Source: Chiloscyllium plagiosum (Eukaryota). From it: a stretch of 34,972 nt of DNA. Positions 24,066-34,058 of this stretch are shown here, in pieces; position 1 is the first letter of the stretch, and each line of letters starts with the position of its first letter. Both the position numbers and the translations under genes were made by a program. Below the pieces are notes generated by a model. It worked only from the letters and a program-made list of their open reading frames with translations, did not search any database and had not been told where the DNA came from. The stretch covers positions 1 to 34,972 of the forward strand of contig NW_025214165.1 of assembly GCF_004010195.1 (NCBI RefSeq), written 5' to 3'.

Positions 24066-24799
24066 AGATTTATTCATTGTTCTAATATTTGTACATTGAT
24101 CTGATTGTGTTTCTTAGGATAATCCATACCTTGTAAAAAAAAATGAACTAATTCCTCTGCTACCATTTTGCTGTAATTTTGCACAATTTCCCCATGACAT
24201 TTTGTAGAAACATTCATAATTATTAAATAGTACTGATTCCTACTTCTCATTTTTGGTAGGGATCCTACACAGTCTGTTAAGACCCTCCTACAGTATTCTT
24301 TCGAAGCTGGTATTTGGAATTAAATGTTAGGTTGAATTGACAGTTGCTGTTTCCTGATTCCTTGATGTCTGCATGGCTGACAGATGTGCTCATGTACAAT
24401 CCTGGCCAATAGTTTCTGTAGTTTTGCCTATGTTTTCCAAATTGCTGAGGCCTTGCTATTGGAATTTTGTGAGCCACTCATAAAATGTCATTATGATACT
24501 CCCTTTCCTTATAAATGCATTTTAAAAAAATTATTAACACACAGAGTGCTGGTTTCTAATTCAATTCCTGAATAGGTCGGTTGCTATATTTCTCTCAATC
24601 CAGGTTCCATCTGTTGTATCTCCACAAAGGGTAATGGATTAAACATCTCAGATTCATTCTTTTTACCTTCAGGATTTTCACTTATTTCTGTAAAACAAAT
24701 GTCAGTTAACTGAAGTTTAACGCCATTTCCACTTTTAATATACTCATCCTCTTCCTGTCTAATTCTATGTGTCTGAGATCTTGTCACAATATAGTCAGG

Positions 24800-24890
24800 A
24801 AGGATCCTCAGGTTAAACCATGACCAGTCATCTCTCTCGCAGGAGAGAGCAGCACTGTGGTCCAGTCAGTCCATGGTGACTTTACCTTCT
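24800..24890 (+). mobile_element. SINE 3' fragment (family of 15775-15987)
   Basis: CCTCAGGTTAAACCATGACCAGTC...GAGAGAGCAGC matches the reverse complement of ~15800-15850. Confidence 0.65.
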
Positions 24891-25474
24891 CCTTATCTCA
24901 TTCCCTTGCAATTCAATTTTTTTTTTGCATGTTTAACTGAATTTTAACTAATTCGAACTGTGGTAGATCAATTTTAGCTCCCTTCTCTTTAATTCTGATT
25001 GTTGGCTGATGTAAAGATCACATCCTTTTATTTTTCTTCAGTTTGGATCATCAACCAAATAGAAAAAGGATTTTTTTTAAACCAAAGACTGTGGAATGAG
25101 TTGCTGCATTTTTAAAACTAAGTTACTGGAACATATTGCGAGTTGTGTTTACACTGTTGCTTTGTTCAAGCAGTGGGAAGTGATATCAAAGCCACTACAG
25201 AATTGGGGACGTGTGTTCAGAGGGAGCTTCACTCAGAAACAGGCTTCTGACTGGTTTGTGCATGCTGACAGCTCCTAGGTAAGTCTCAAGATTGCAAAAA
25301 GAGCTTTTTCTCTTCCTTCTCTCTGTGCAGTAAAGTAGCCAAAACCTCGGAATATGGAGGTTGGAGAACAGAATGTCTTAGGAAGCCAAAAGAACACCTT
25401 ATCAAATCCTATGTACTGGTGCTATTAAATTGCGTCACTTCAGTTTTGTTTCCTGCCCATAACACTCAAGTTTG

Positions 25475-25710
25475 TTATCTGTGCATATCTGTGTCTCTGT
25501 GTGTACAAGTGCATGTCTCTGTGTGCACTTGTGTGTCTGTGCAGGCATGTGCATCCGTGTGTGCATGTGTCTGCATGCATGTGTGTGTGCAACTGTGTTT
25601 GTGTCTGTGCGCGTATATGTATGTCTGTGCGTCTGTATGTCTGTGTCAGTGTGGGTCAGTTTGTGTGTTGGTGTCTGTGTGTGTCTGTATTTACGTTTCT
25701 GTGTGTGTGA
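25475..25710. repeat. Degenerate TG-rich microsatellite
   Basis: Mostly alternating purine-pyrimidine tract TGTG/TGCA/TGTC. Confidence 0.9.
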
Positions 25711-26724
25711 AGATTCAACCAGCTGAATTATAAGTTGTACTTCATATTTTTGTTTACCTAGGAGAGAATTTTAAAAATATTTTTATTATGTACAAAAGCC
25801 TGTTACCATGAGTTCATCAGGCAGTTAAATTTAGTATATTTGATTAAACCTTTATCTTACATAATGACCCCAGAAAGAGTGATATTTGACTCTCAATGGA
25901 TTTTGCCATATCGGGTTCGAATGTAATTACTTGAAGCAACTCAACAAATATCACAACTCTCCTGTTTCTTCACAGCAGTGTTCTTGTTTTTATGTGTTGA
26001 GCTGTCACATGGACATTTTAAAACTTGCATAGATGTCTCTTAAGTTGAACAAAAATATCAATCTGACGAAAAACCTCCACTTTGCTTGATCCCAGCTAAT
26101 GGACAACTTAGATCCCAGAGTGAAACCTGTCTTGAAAGACCATAACTTTTACTTCTCCAATTTGTTACAATGATGGTCAGTCACTGAAAATGATCTCATG
26201 AGGTTCTTCTAATAAAACATCATTATAGGTTAGAACATCAAACTGTTATACTACACAAGAACTATCTGAAACAATGTTTTCACATATCTCAAAATTAAAA
26301 TCTGAATCATCTTCCCTCAGCAGTAACTGTACAGATACTCCACCTCCAGTGAAGGGTCAACATTTAAGAAATGTAACTAACATAATGTATTTCCTTTATT
26401 CACCATCATATTATTATAATATAAATCAATCTTAAAGCTGTGCAATGTCATGTTCAGTCAGGTTTTAACATAATAATAAGAGGATATGATGAAACTTCAA
26501 TTTAGTAAAATACTTTGTGACATCTTTTGGGAAAGGCTCTTTACAAATAGAAATTTATTATTTTGAGAGTAGAGAGCAACTCCAGTCACTTTATTCAAGA
26601 GGGAGAAGAAAGATTAAATCAGGGAGCAATACTCAATGTCAAATGTAGGTGAACTCTGAGAATCGATAATTCTTTAAGTAAGAAAGGTTTAAGGCTGGGT
26701 GATTGGCAAGTCAGGGAGGGTTGA

Positions 26725-27030
26725 CTTGGCTTTGTTAAAGGTAATTCACGCTTGACAAATTGAACCATGTTTTTTGAAGGGTCAATCGGTTTAGAAGGAT
26801 AAAGACAATTCAGTGGTTATAAATTTCCAGAAAGTGTTTCACGGGAGACTTGTCCAAAAATTCTGGATTAAAGACTGAGGGTGAAAGTGATACTGTAAGT
26901 GTCAGGACAACAGCCAAAGGTCTGACACCAAATCTGCCCCACGATAGACAGACGATTTGGTACAGGTAAAAAAATGATTCAAAAACAAGCAAATTCCACA
27001 AAAATGCTGTGAAACAATGACGGAACATTG
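26725..27030 (+). mobile_element. Very old CR1 RT remnant
   Basis: GGCTTTGTTAAAGGTAATTCACGCTTGACAAATTGA...TTTTTTGAA corresponds to GFVKGxSCLTNL..FFE. Confidence 0.55.
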
Positions 27031-27291
27031 TCAATCTGAAGGATAGAGCTGTTAGGCTCAGCCTGTGTCAGGCGGTGAGAAACCAGCAAGAAGGGAAACT
27101 CAATTTAAACTGAACCTCATCATTTAATATGGAACTGCCCATGCAAAGGTCAGACGGGGCAGTCACTTCACAGTAAGTATGGAGACAAAATCCTGTGAAC
27201 ATACTAGGAGAGCCTTTATCATGCTGTGTGACAATAAATAATAAGGCAACTGAATTTTTACCAGTTCTTTAAAACTTGAGTTATAGATAAT

Positions 27292-29100
27292 TCTGTCCCA
27301 GTGAGAGTCAGCCCCTTCAGGATCTGTATCCCAGTGAGAGTCAGCCCCTTCAGGATCTATATCCCAGTGAGAGACAGCCCCTTCAGGATCTGTATCCCAG
27401 TGAGAGTCAGCCCCTTCAGGATCTATATCCCAGTGAGAGTCAGCACCTTCAGGATCTATATCCCAGTGAGAGTCAGCCCCTTCAGGATCTGTATCCCAGT
27501 GAGAGTCAGCCCCTTCAGGAACTGTATCCCAGTGACAATCAGCACCTTCACGATCTGTATCCCAGTGAGAGTCAGCCCCTTCAGGATCTATATCCCAGTG
27601 AGAGTCAGCACCTTCAGGAACTGTATCCCAGTGAGAGTCAGCCCCTTCAGGATCTGTATCCCAGTGAGAGTTAGCCCCTTCAGGAACTGTATCCCAGAGA
27701 GTCAGCCCCTTCAGGAACTGTAACCAGTGAGAGTCAGCACCTTCAGGATCTGTATCCCAGTGAGAGTCAGCACCTTCAGGATCTGTATCCCAGTGAGAGA
27801 CAGCCCCTTCAGGATCTGTATCCCAGTGAGAGACAGCCCCTTCAGGATCTGTATCCCAGTGAGAGACAGCCCCTTCAGGATCTGTATCCCAGTGAGAGAC
27901 AGCCCCTTCAGGATCTGTATCCCAGTGAGAGACAGCCCCTTCAGGATCTGTATCCCAGTGAGAGACAGCCCCTTCAGGATCTGTATCCCAGTGAGAGACA
28001 GCCCCTTCAGGATCTGTATCCCAGTGAGAGACAGCCCCTTCAGGATCTGTATCCCAGTGAGAGACAGCCCCTTCAGGATCTGTATCCCAGTGAGAGACAG
28101 CCCCTTCAGGATCTGTATCCCAGTGAGAGACAGCCCCTTCAGGATCTGTATCCCAGTGAGAGACAGCCCCTTCAGGAACTGTATCCCAGTGACAATCAGC
28201 ACCTTCACGATCTGTATCCCAGTGAGAGTCAGCACCTTCAGGATCTGTATCCCAGTGAGAGACAGCCCCTTCAGGATCTGTATCCCAGTGAGAGTCAGCA
28301 CCTTCAGGATCTGTATCCCAGTGAGAGACAGCCCCTTCAGGATCTGTATCCCAGTGAGAGACAGCCCCTTCAGGATCTGTATCCCAGTGAGAGACAGCCC
28401 CTTCAGGATCTGTATCCCAGTGAGAGACAGCCCCTTCAGGATCTGTATCCCAGTGAGAGACAGCCCCTTCAGGATCTGTATCCCAGTGAGAGACAGCCCC
28501 TTCAGGATCTGTATCCCAGTGAGAGACAGCCCCTTCAGGATCTGTATCCCAGTGAGAGACAGCCCCTTCAGGATCTGTATCCCAGTGAGAGACAGCCCCT
28601 TCAGGATCTGTATCCCAGTGAGAGACAGCCCCTTCAGGATCTGTATCCCAGTGAGAGACAGCCCCTTCAGGATCTGTATCCCAGTGAGAGACAGCCCCTT
28701 CAGGATCTGTATCCCAGTGAGAGACAGCCCCTTCAGGATCTGTATCCCAGTGAGAGACAGCCCCTTCAGGATCTGTATCCCAGTGAGAGACAGCCCCTTC
28801 AGGATCTGTATCCCAGTGAGAGACAGCCCCTTCAGGAACTGTATCCCAGTGAGAGTCATCCCCTTCAGGAACTGTATCCCAGTGAGAGTCAGCCCCTTCA
28901 GGAACTGTATCCCAGTGAGAGTCAGCATCTTCAGGAACTGTATCCCAGTGAGAGTCAGCACCTTCAGGAACTGTATCCCAGTGAGAGTCAGCACCTTCAG
29001 GATCTGTATCCCAGTGAGAGTCAGCCCCTTCAGGATCTGTATCCCAGTGAGAGTCAGCACCTTCAGGAACTGTATCCCAGTGAGAGTGAGTAACTTCAGG
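27292..29100. repeat. 33-bp minisatellite, ~55 units (CCCAGTGAGAGACAGCCCCTTCAGGATCTGTAT), followed by a GA tract at 29101-29119
   Basis: Head-to-tail units without spacers; 11-aa periodicity in three ORFs. Confidence 0.98.
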
Positions 29101-29614
29101 GAGAGAGAGAGAGAGAGAGACAAGAGAATCTAACACTGAAGTTGCAATCATCAACTATTATAGTGACATGACATGAATGAAGTTGTTTGTTCTGTCTTTT
29201 CAGGGGATTAATTATTTTGAAATTACGTTAGAAGCAAACAGTTGGTGACTGTTTTTAAAGTCTCATGGCCATGCCTCGGGGATTCACTGTATTGAATATG
29301 CTGGCAAACTGAAACACCAGCAGTTTTCCATCAAATCCATGAAATTGTTCCCTTAATTGCCTACCTTGTGGCTATAAAACTAGCAATTAATAGCATGGAT
29401 CCACCTCTCAGGAAACAGTTAAACACAGGCACGCTTTCTCTGTTAATAACTGTTGTACCATGGCAGCAGTCTGAGATGTCTCACATTCAAGTATTCCTGG
29501 TTGTGGAATGTATGAAAGATTTGAAATATGCTCGATCAATTCTTAGTTATCCTTCTGCCAATTGTCAGCTGTTTTATCAAATGGATAATGTCAGGTCAAG
29601 AACTTTTTATTGAC

Positions 29615-29885
29615 CAGAATCTAATTGAGGGGTTCGGGGCGGTTGATGTACAGAATAACACATACCTGGGAATGAGTTACAGACTGGAATCTAATCAAGG
29701 GGTTCAGGGGATTCATGTATAGAAAAACAGATACGCAAGAATGAATTACAAGCTGGAATCTATATGAGAGATTTGTGAGGGTTTTATGCATAGAACAACA
29801 AATATCTGGGAGGGAGTTACAGACTGGTACCTAATCGGGTGGTTCAGGGTAGTTAAATCTAGAATAACAGATACCCGGGAGTGAG
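29615..29885. repeat. Diverged ~70-bp tandem repeat, ~4 copies
   Basis: Recurrent AGAATAACAGATACC...GAGTTACAGACTGGAATCTAAT...GGGGTTC. Confidence 0.85.
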
Positions 29886-30004
29886 GGATAAACTAATGGA
29901 TAGCCATTCTGTCTATCTTTTCTTAATTTCACACCCATCACCCTGTCACAGGCAGGATGCTGTCCAGAAGATACACCAATACACAGGTCTCTATCGAAGA
30001 GGTA

Positions 30005-30210
30005 TCAAAAACAGAAAAGCTCAGCAGGTCTGTGAAGAGAAATCAGAATTAACATTTTGGATCCAGTGACCCTTCTTCAGTTCTGAGGATGGGTCACTGG
30101 ACATGACGTATTAACTCTGATGTCACAGATGCCGCTGGACCTGCTGAGTTTTTCCAGCAATGTCTGTTTTGTTTCTGATTTACAGCATCTGCAGTTCTTC
30201 TGGTTTTTAT
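30005..30210. mobile_element. Short palindromic PLE-terminus element with two back-to-back decayed hammerhead motifs
   Basis: 30062-30080 TCCAGTGACCCTTCTTCAG versus 30083-30101 CTGAGGATGGGTCACTGGA (17/19 inverted match); arms extend to GACCTGCTGAG. Confidence 0.7.
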
Positions 30211-30665
30211 TCTCTACAGAAGAGACAATGTTTTTAGTTAAAGCTGGTTTATTGCACCACAGCAATAAAAACAATGATAGCATTATTTAGGCATGAATAC
30301 TGTGATTCTTAAAAGCTGTATAGAATATAACTGCTCCCTCTGAAGGCTGGTGTTTGGTATCAGGTTGTTTTGTGTAAATGGTGGCTAATTATCCATAAAT
30401 AATGTGAGCTGTAGTTCGCAATGGCAATAATGCAGTAATGCTGACCTCACTCTCAGCAAACATCAGGGCGGAAGCTTGTCGCTGTTTGTGAGGTTACCGG
30501 GTGAGTTTCTGAACACTGTGACCACCCCTACAGCAGGTAGGAGGGTTGTGATGTATTAAAAAGAAGCTTGTATTGAAGTTCTGAGTGGGCAATGAGCTAT
30601 GGAAGGATTTGTGCTATAAATGCGACTGTCCTATGTCCCATCATTTATTGATTTATGATACCAAC

Positions 30666-30901
30666 TGAAATACCTCCACAGAGGCTGGTATCTTGTCAAC
30701 AAATCCCCCTTTATTTACACGTGGAGAAGCCTTGACCCTGATCCCGCTCCCTTACAGCCAACTGTCAGAGTGAGCTGAACCTCTGACACTCCTGTTTATA
30801 TCTGTCAGCCAGGGCTCCCTGATTGGACCAGATTAACAGCCCCAGTCAGGGAACTCATATTCTAGGATGCCTACCTGGTTGGTCTCATTACAATCACAGC
30901 A
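30666..30901 (-). mobile_element. Gypsy 3' LTR, 236 bp
   Basis: Minus strand TG...CA with CCAAT, TATAAA and AATAAA; immediately preceded by polypurine tract GAGGGGAGGGA (30902-30912). Confidence 0.85.
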
Positions 30902-32292
30902 TCCCTCCCCTCTGAGTCTGGGGACGTAGGCCTGATGTTTTTCTCACAGCCTCTCCAGGGTGTTACGCACTGGGTCAGGCTCCTCTGACTCAGCCTCGGA
31001 TACGGGGCAGTCTATCACGGACTGTAGACCACCTCCTGCACCCAGAGTGCCTCTGAGGAAATCCATTCTCTTCTTCAGGCAGTAAAGGTGTTGAGGCTGT
31101 GACATCTGCCGTGTCCATCCCCGACTCCAAGACTTCTTCAACACTAGGTGGGGAGGGAGAACCCGATGGGCTCTCACAGCCTTGCTGACTGTTCCGAAGG
31201 GCCGGGCATGTTTTGCTTCTGCCCGGTTTGCGAATTTGCAGCTTTCATGTGGTCCACATGCTTGTTCAGGATTGTCCCACCTACCCACACTTTGCACGTC
31301 ACGGGACCTAACCTCGCGTTGACCATTCCTCTTACTCATGCCCATGGGTTCGGTACCCAAATACATCCCCTGAAGTAAACTGTCTCTCTCTCTTAGGGGA
31401 GCCTAGTGTCCAGCATTGACGTTCCTGATGCCGTTTCACTCTCCCCGAGCTCCAGGAAGATCAGATTAACCTGGCGTGGAGTCTTCTCCCTAACAACAAC
31501 TGTCCTCATTACACAGCTTGGTATTGAGTGATACTGTAGACTTTTTCGTTAAGCCTGCCTTCAATATTTGGACTGCCCTTTCCAACAGACCATTGGATAA
31601 TGGATGATGACATGCCGAATAGGAGAAAGTTAGAACTGCAGATGTTGGAGATCAGAGTCGAGAGTGTGGTGCTGGAAAAGCTCAGCCGGTCAGGCAGCAT
31701 CTGAGGAGCAGGACAGTCGACGTTTTGAGCAAAAGCCCTTCATCAGGATTGCTATTTGGCTGTACAGAAGTACTTGAATACCCTGCTGGTAAACAATAAC
31801 CCATTGTCTGTGAGCAACACCTCCAGGCATTCGTGTATTACAAAAGACGCACACAGTTCCTCTATCATTGCCCCCAAGTTTGAGGAATTAACTCTGCATT
31901 TTCAGCCACTTTGATTCACTCAATGACTGAGAACGTCAAGCCCATGGAAGGAAAGTCACAGAATTGCCGACATGTAGCCAAGTCCAAAGTTTACCCGACA
32001 GTCCCCATGAATGTGGGGGAGCTGCTGGTGGTAATCTTTGTTCTTGTTGGCACTCTGGGCATTGTCCCATCAATGCAGGTTGCATTGCCATCCAATCATG
32101 GCCTCCAAGCATAAATTCTCACCAACATCTTCATTTTGGAAACTCATAAGTGATCCTGGTGGAGTTCAGCCAGTATCGAGCAGTGACCTATACTCGGGGG
32201 TGTCCAGAGAGTACTAAACCAGATCGGATTCTTCCAGTGGGGACAACATCGGTGATGTATCTGTCAGTGGGAGGCAGCTCAAGGCATCTGCA
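30902..32292 (-). pseudogene. Decayed Gypsy pol: RNase H end and integrase
   Basis: Minus strand NADALSCLP (~32265-32292), GVSKMKMLVRIYAWRP, LEVLLTDNGLLFTS, HPLSNGLLERAVQILKAGL; frameshifted; PLE fragment inserted at 31620-31750. Confidence 0.9.
31620..31750 (-). mobile_element. PLE terminal fragment inserted in the integrase core
   Basis: Matches 6865-6950 and 34680-34810; decayed hammerhead (GAAAC has become AAAAC). Confidence 0.8.
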
Positions 32293-32294
32293 TT

Positions 32295-33000
32295 TGGAAA
32301 GAGAGTCGAGAGTGCGATGCTGGAAAAGCACAGCAGGTCAGGCAGCATCCGAGGAGCAGGAGAGTCAACATTTCGAGTATAACCAGAGTGTTGGATCTGG
32401 GATGAGGTGGGGGGAGGGGAGATCTGGAAACTGGTGAATTCAATGTTGAGGTCATATAGTTGTGAGCTCCTGCTGTGGAAGATGAGGTGTTCCTCCTCAT
32501 GGTGGCCTTGAGTAGGCAGTGGAGAAGGCCCAGAATGGACATGTCATTGGGGGAGTGGGAGGGGGAGTTGAAGTGGATGGCCCAAAGAAGGTGGGGTATG
32601 TTGGTGTGTACAGACCAGAGATGTTCCCCTGATCCATTCTGTGAGCTTGCCTCTGGTGTCTCTGATGTAGAGGAGACTACATCGAGAGCAATGGATGAGG
32701 TTGGAGGATATGCAAATAAGCCTCTGCTGGATTTGAAATGATCCCTTGGGGCCTTGGATGGAGGTGAGGGGGGGAGGTGTGGGCTTTGCACTTCTTAAAG
32801 CGGCAGGGGAAGGTGCCAGGTGTGGAGAGAGGGTTGGTGGGGAGTGTGGACCTAACAAGGGAGTCACAGAGGGAACAGTCCCTATGGAACACAGATAGGA
32901 GTGGGGAGGAAAATATCTTTTCGGTGCTGGAGTCCAACTGTAGGTGATGAAAATGACGGAGAACGATTTAGTGGATTTAGAAATTGGTGGGGCTGGAATG
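32295..33000 (-). mobile_element. Penelope-like element GIY-YIG region, decayed
   Basis: PGTFPC..KKCK, IQGPKGSFQIQQRLICISSNLIHC..C, LYIRDT, HFNSPSHSPNDMSILGLLHC across frames. Confidence 0.88.
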
Positions 33001-33006
33001 TGTTTC

Positions 33007-33143
33007 TCAGAGTGAGCAGAACCTCTGACACTCCTGTTTATATCTGTCAGCCAGGGCTCCCTGATTGGACTAGATTAACAGCCCCAAATAGAGAACTCAT
33101 ACTCTAGGAGGTCTACCTGACTGACCTAGTTATAATCACGACA
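33007..33143 (-). mobile_element. Partial LTR of the same Gypsy family (possible 5' LTR)
   Basis: Aligns with 30765-30901 in the same orientation. Confidence 0.85.
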
Positions 33144-33369
33144 CACAACGTGTGACATTAAACAGACTGAGGAGCTTTTAAAACATTGACTGACTGTAAT
33201 TATTGCTTTAACTGTTGAAAGATCAGGAGGCTTGGTTTGCAATAATGACAATAACAATCTCTTAGAATGCTTTAACCTGATCAAACATCACAACACACTA
33301 CACAGGAGAGATTATTGGTGATCTGTGTTTCCTGAATTTCACAAAGAAATATCAGGACAGGTGCTTCTT

Positions 33370-33830
33370 TCATAATCATTCACAGGATGAGGGTATCACT
33401 GGAAAGGGCAATAATTATTGCCTATTTCAGAGGGCAGTTAGAGTCAACCACGTTGCTCTGGCGAAGCTGAGCACTGTGGATGCTGGCGATCGGAGTTGAG
33501 AGTGTGTTGCTGGAAAAGCACAGTGGGTCAGGCAGCATCTGAGGAGCAGGAAAATCGACACTTCAGACAAAAGCCCTGGATCTGGAGTCATGAACAGGTC
33601 AGACTTGGGAAGGACAGCAGTTTCCTTCCCTAAAGGACATTAGTGACCCAGATGATTTTTTTTTCTTGACTACCAACAGTGGTTTCATGGTCATCATTAG
33701 ATACCTAATTACGGATTCAAATTCCACCAACCAGAGAATTCTTCCATGGTGGGGGATCACAACCTGGGTCCCCAGAATGTTACTTGGGTCTCTGGACGAA
33801 CAACCCAGTGACAATTCCACAAGGCTGCAT
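33370..33830 (-). mobile_element. tRNA-derived SINE (family of 17540-17872) with a PLE terminal fragment inserted at ~33465-33577
   Basis: Shared TTCCCTAAAGGACATTAGTGA, ATGGTCATCATTAGA, CCATGGTGGG...GGTCCCCAGAAT. Confidence 0.8.
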
Positions 33831-34058
33831 CCCCCACCAACCCCACCACCTCCCCACACATGGATAAGGACATGGTTTTCAAACAATTAGAGTTAAAGTT
33901 GCATGTGCTGTGTTCGTGTTGCACACAACCTGAGAGGAGACTGTTAGCTCTACATCAGCCTTCAGACGGAGCAGCTATACTCTATACAGTTCGAAAAAGC
34001 CACAGGAATCACACTTGACTGATACAATCCTTGTATTTAATGTTGTAGTGCAATATAA

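Noticed and set aside
25419..25733. Cys/Val-rich ORFs resembling metallothionein or membrane proteins
   Set aside because: Translation of a TG-rich microsatellite in all three frames.
25861..25962. Minus-strand coding exon ending at a GTAAG donor
   Set aside because: Open frame but purine-rich acceptor and no recognisable protein similarity.
27292..29100. CRISPR-like array (33-bp periodicity)
   Set aside because: Units are contiguous with no unique spacers, there are no cas genes, and the context is vertebrate.
27711..29133. 470-aa (LRR-looking LSLTGIQILKG) and 468-aa ORFs as genes
   Set aside because: Alternative frames of the same 33-bp repeat; both break at the internal indels.
30481..30520. 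V(D)J recombination signal (CACTGTG heptamer with nonamer-like GCTGTTTGT)
   Set aside because: Spacer is 24 nt, nonamer imperfect, no adjacent V/D/J segment; other heptamers lack nonamers.
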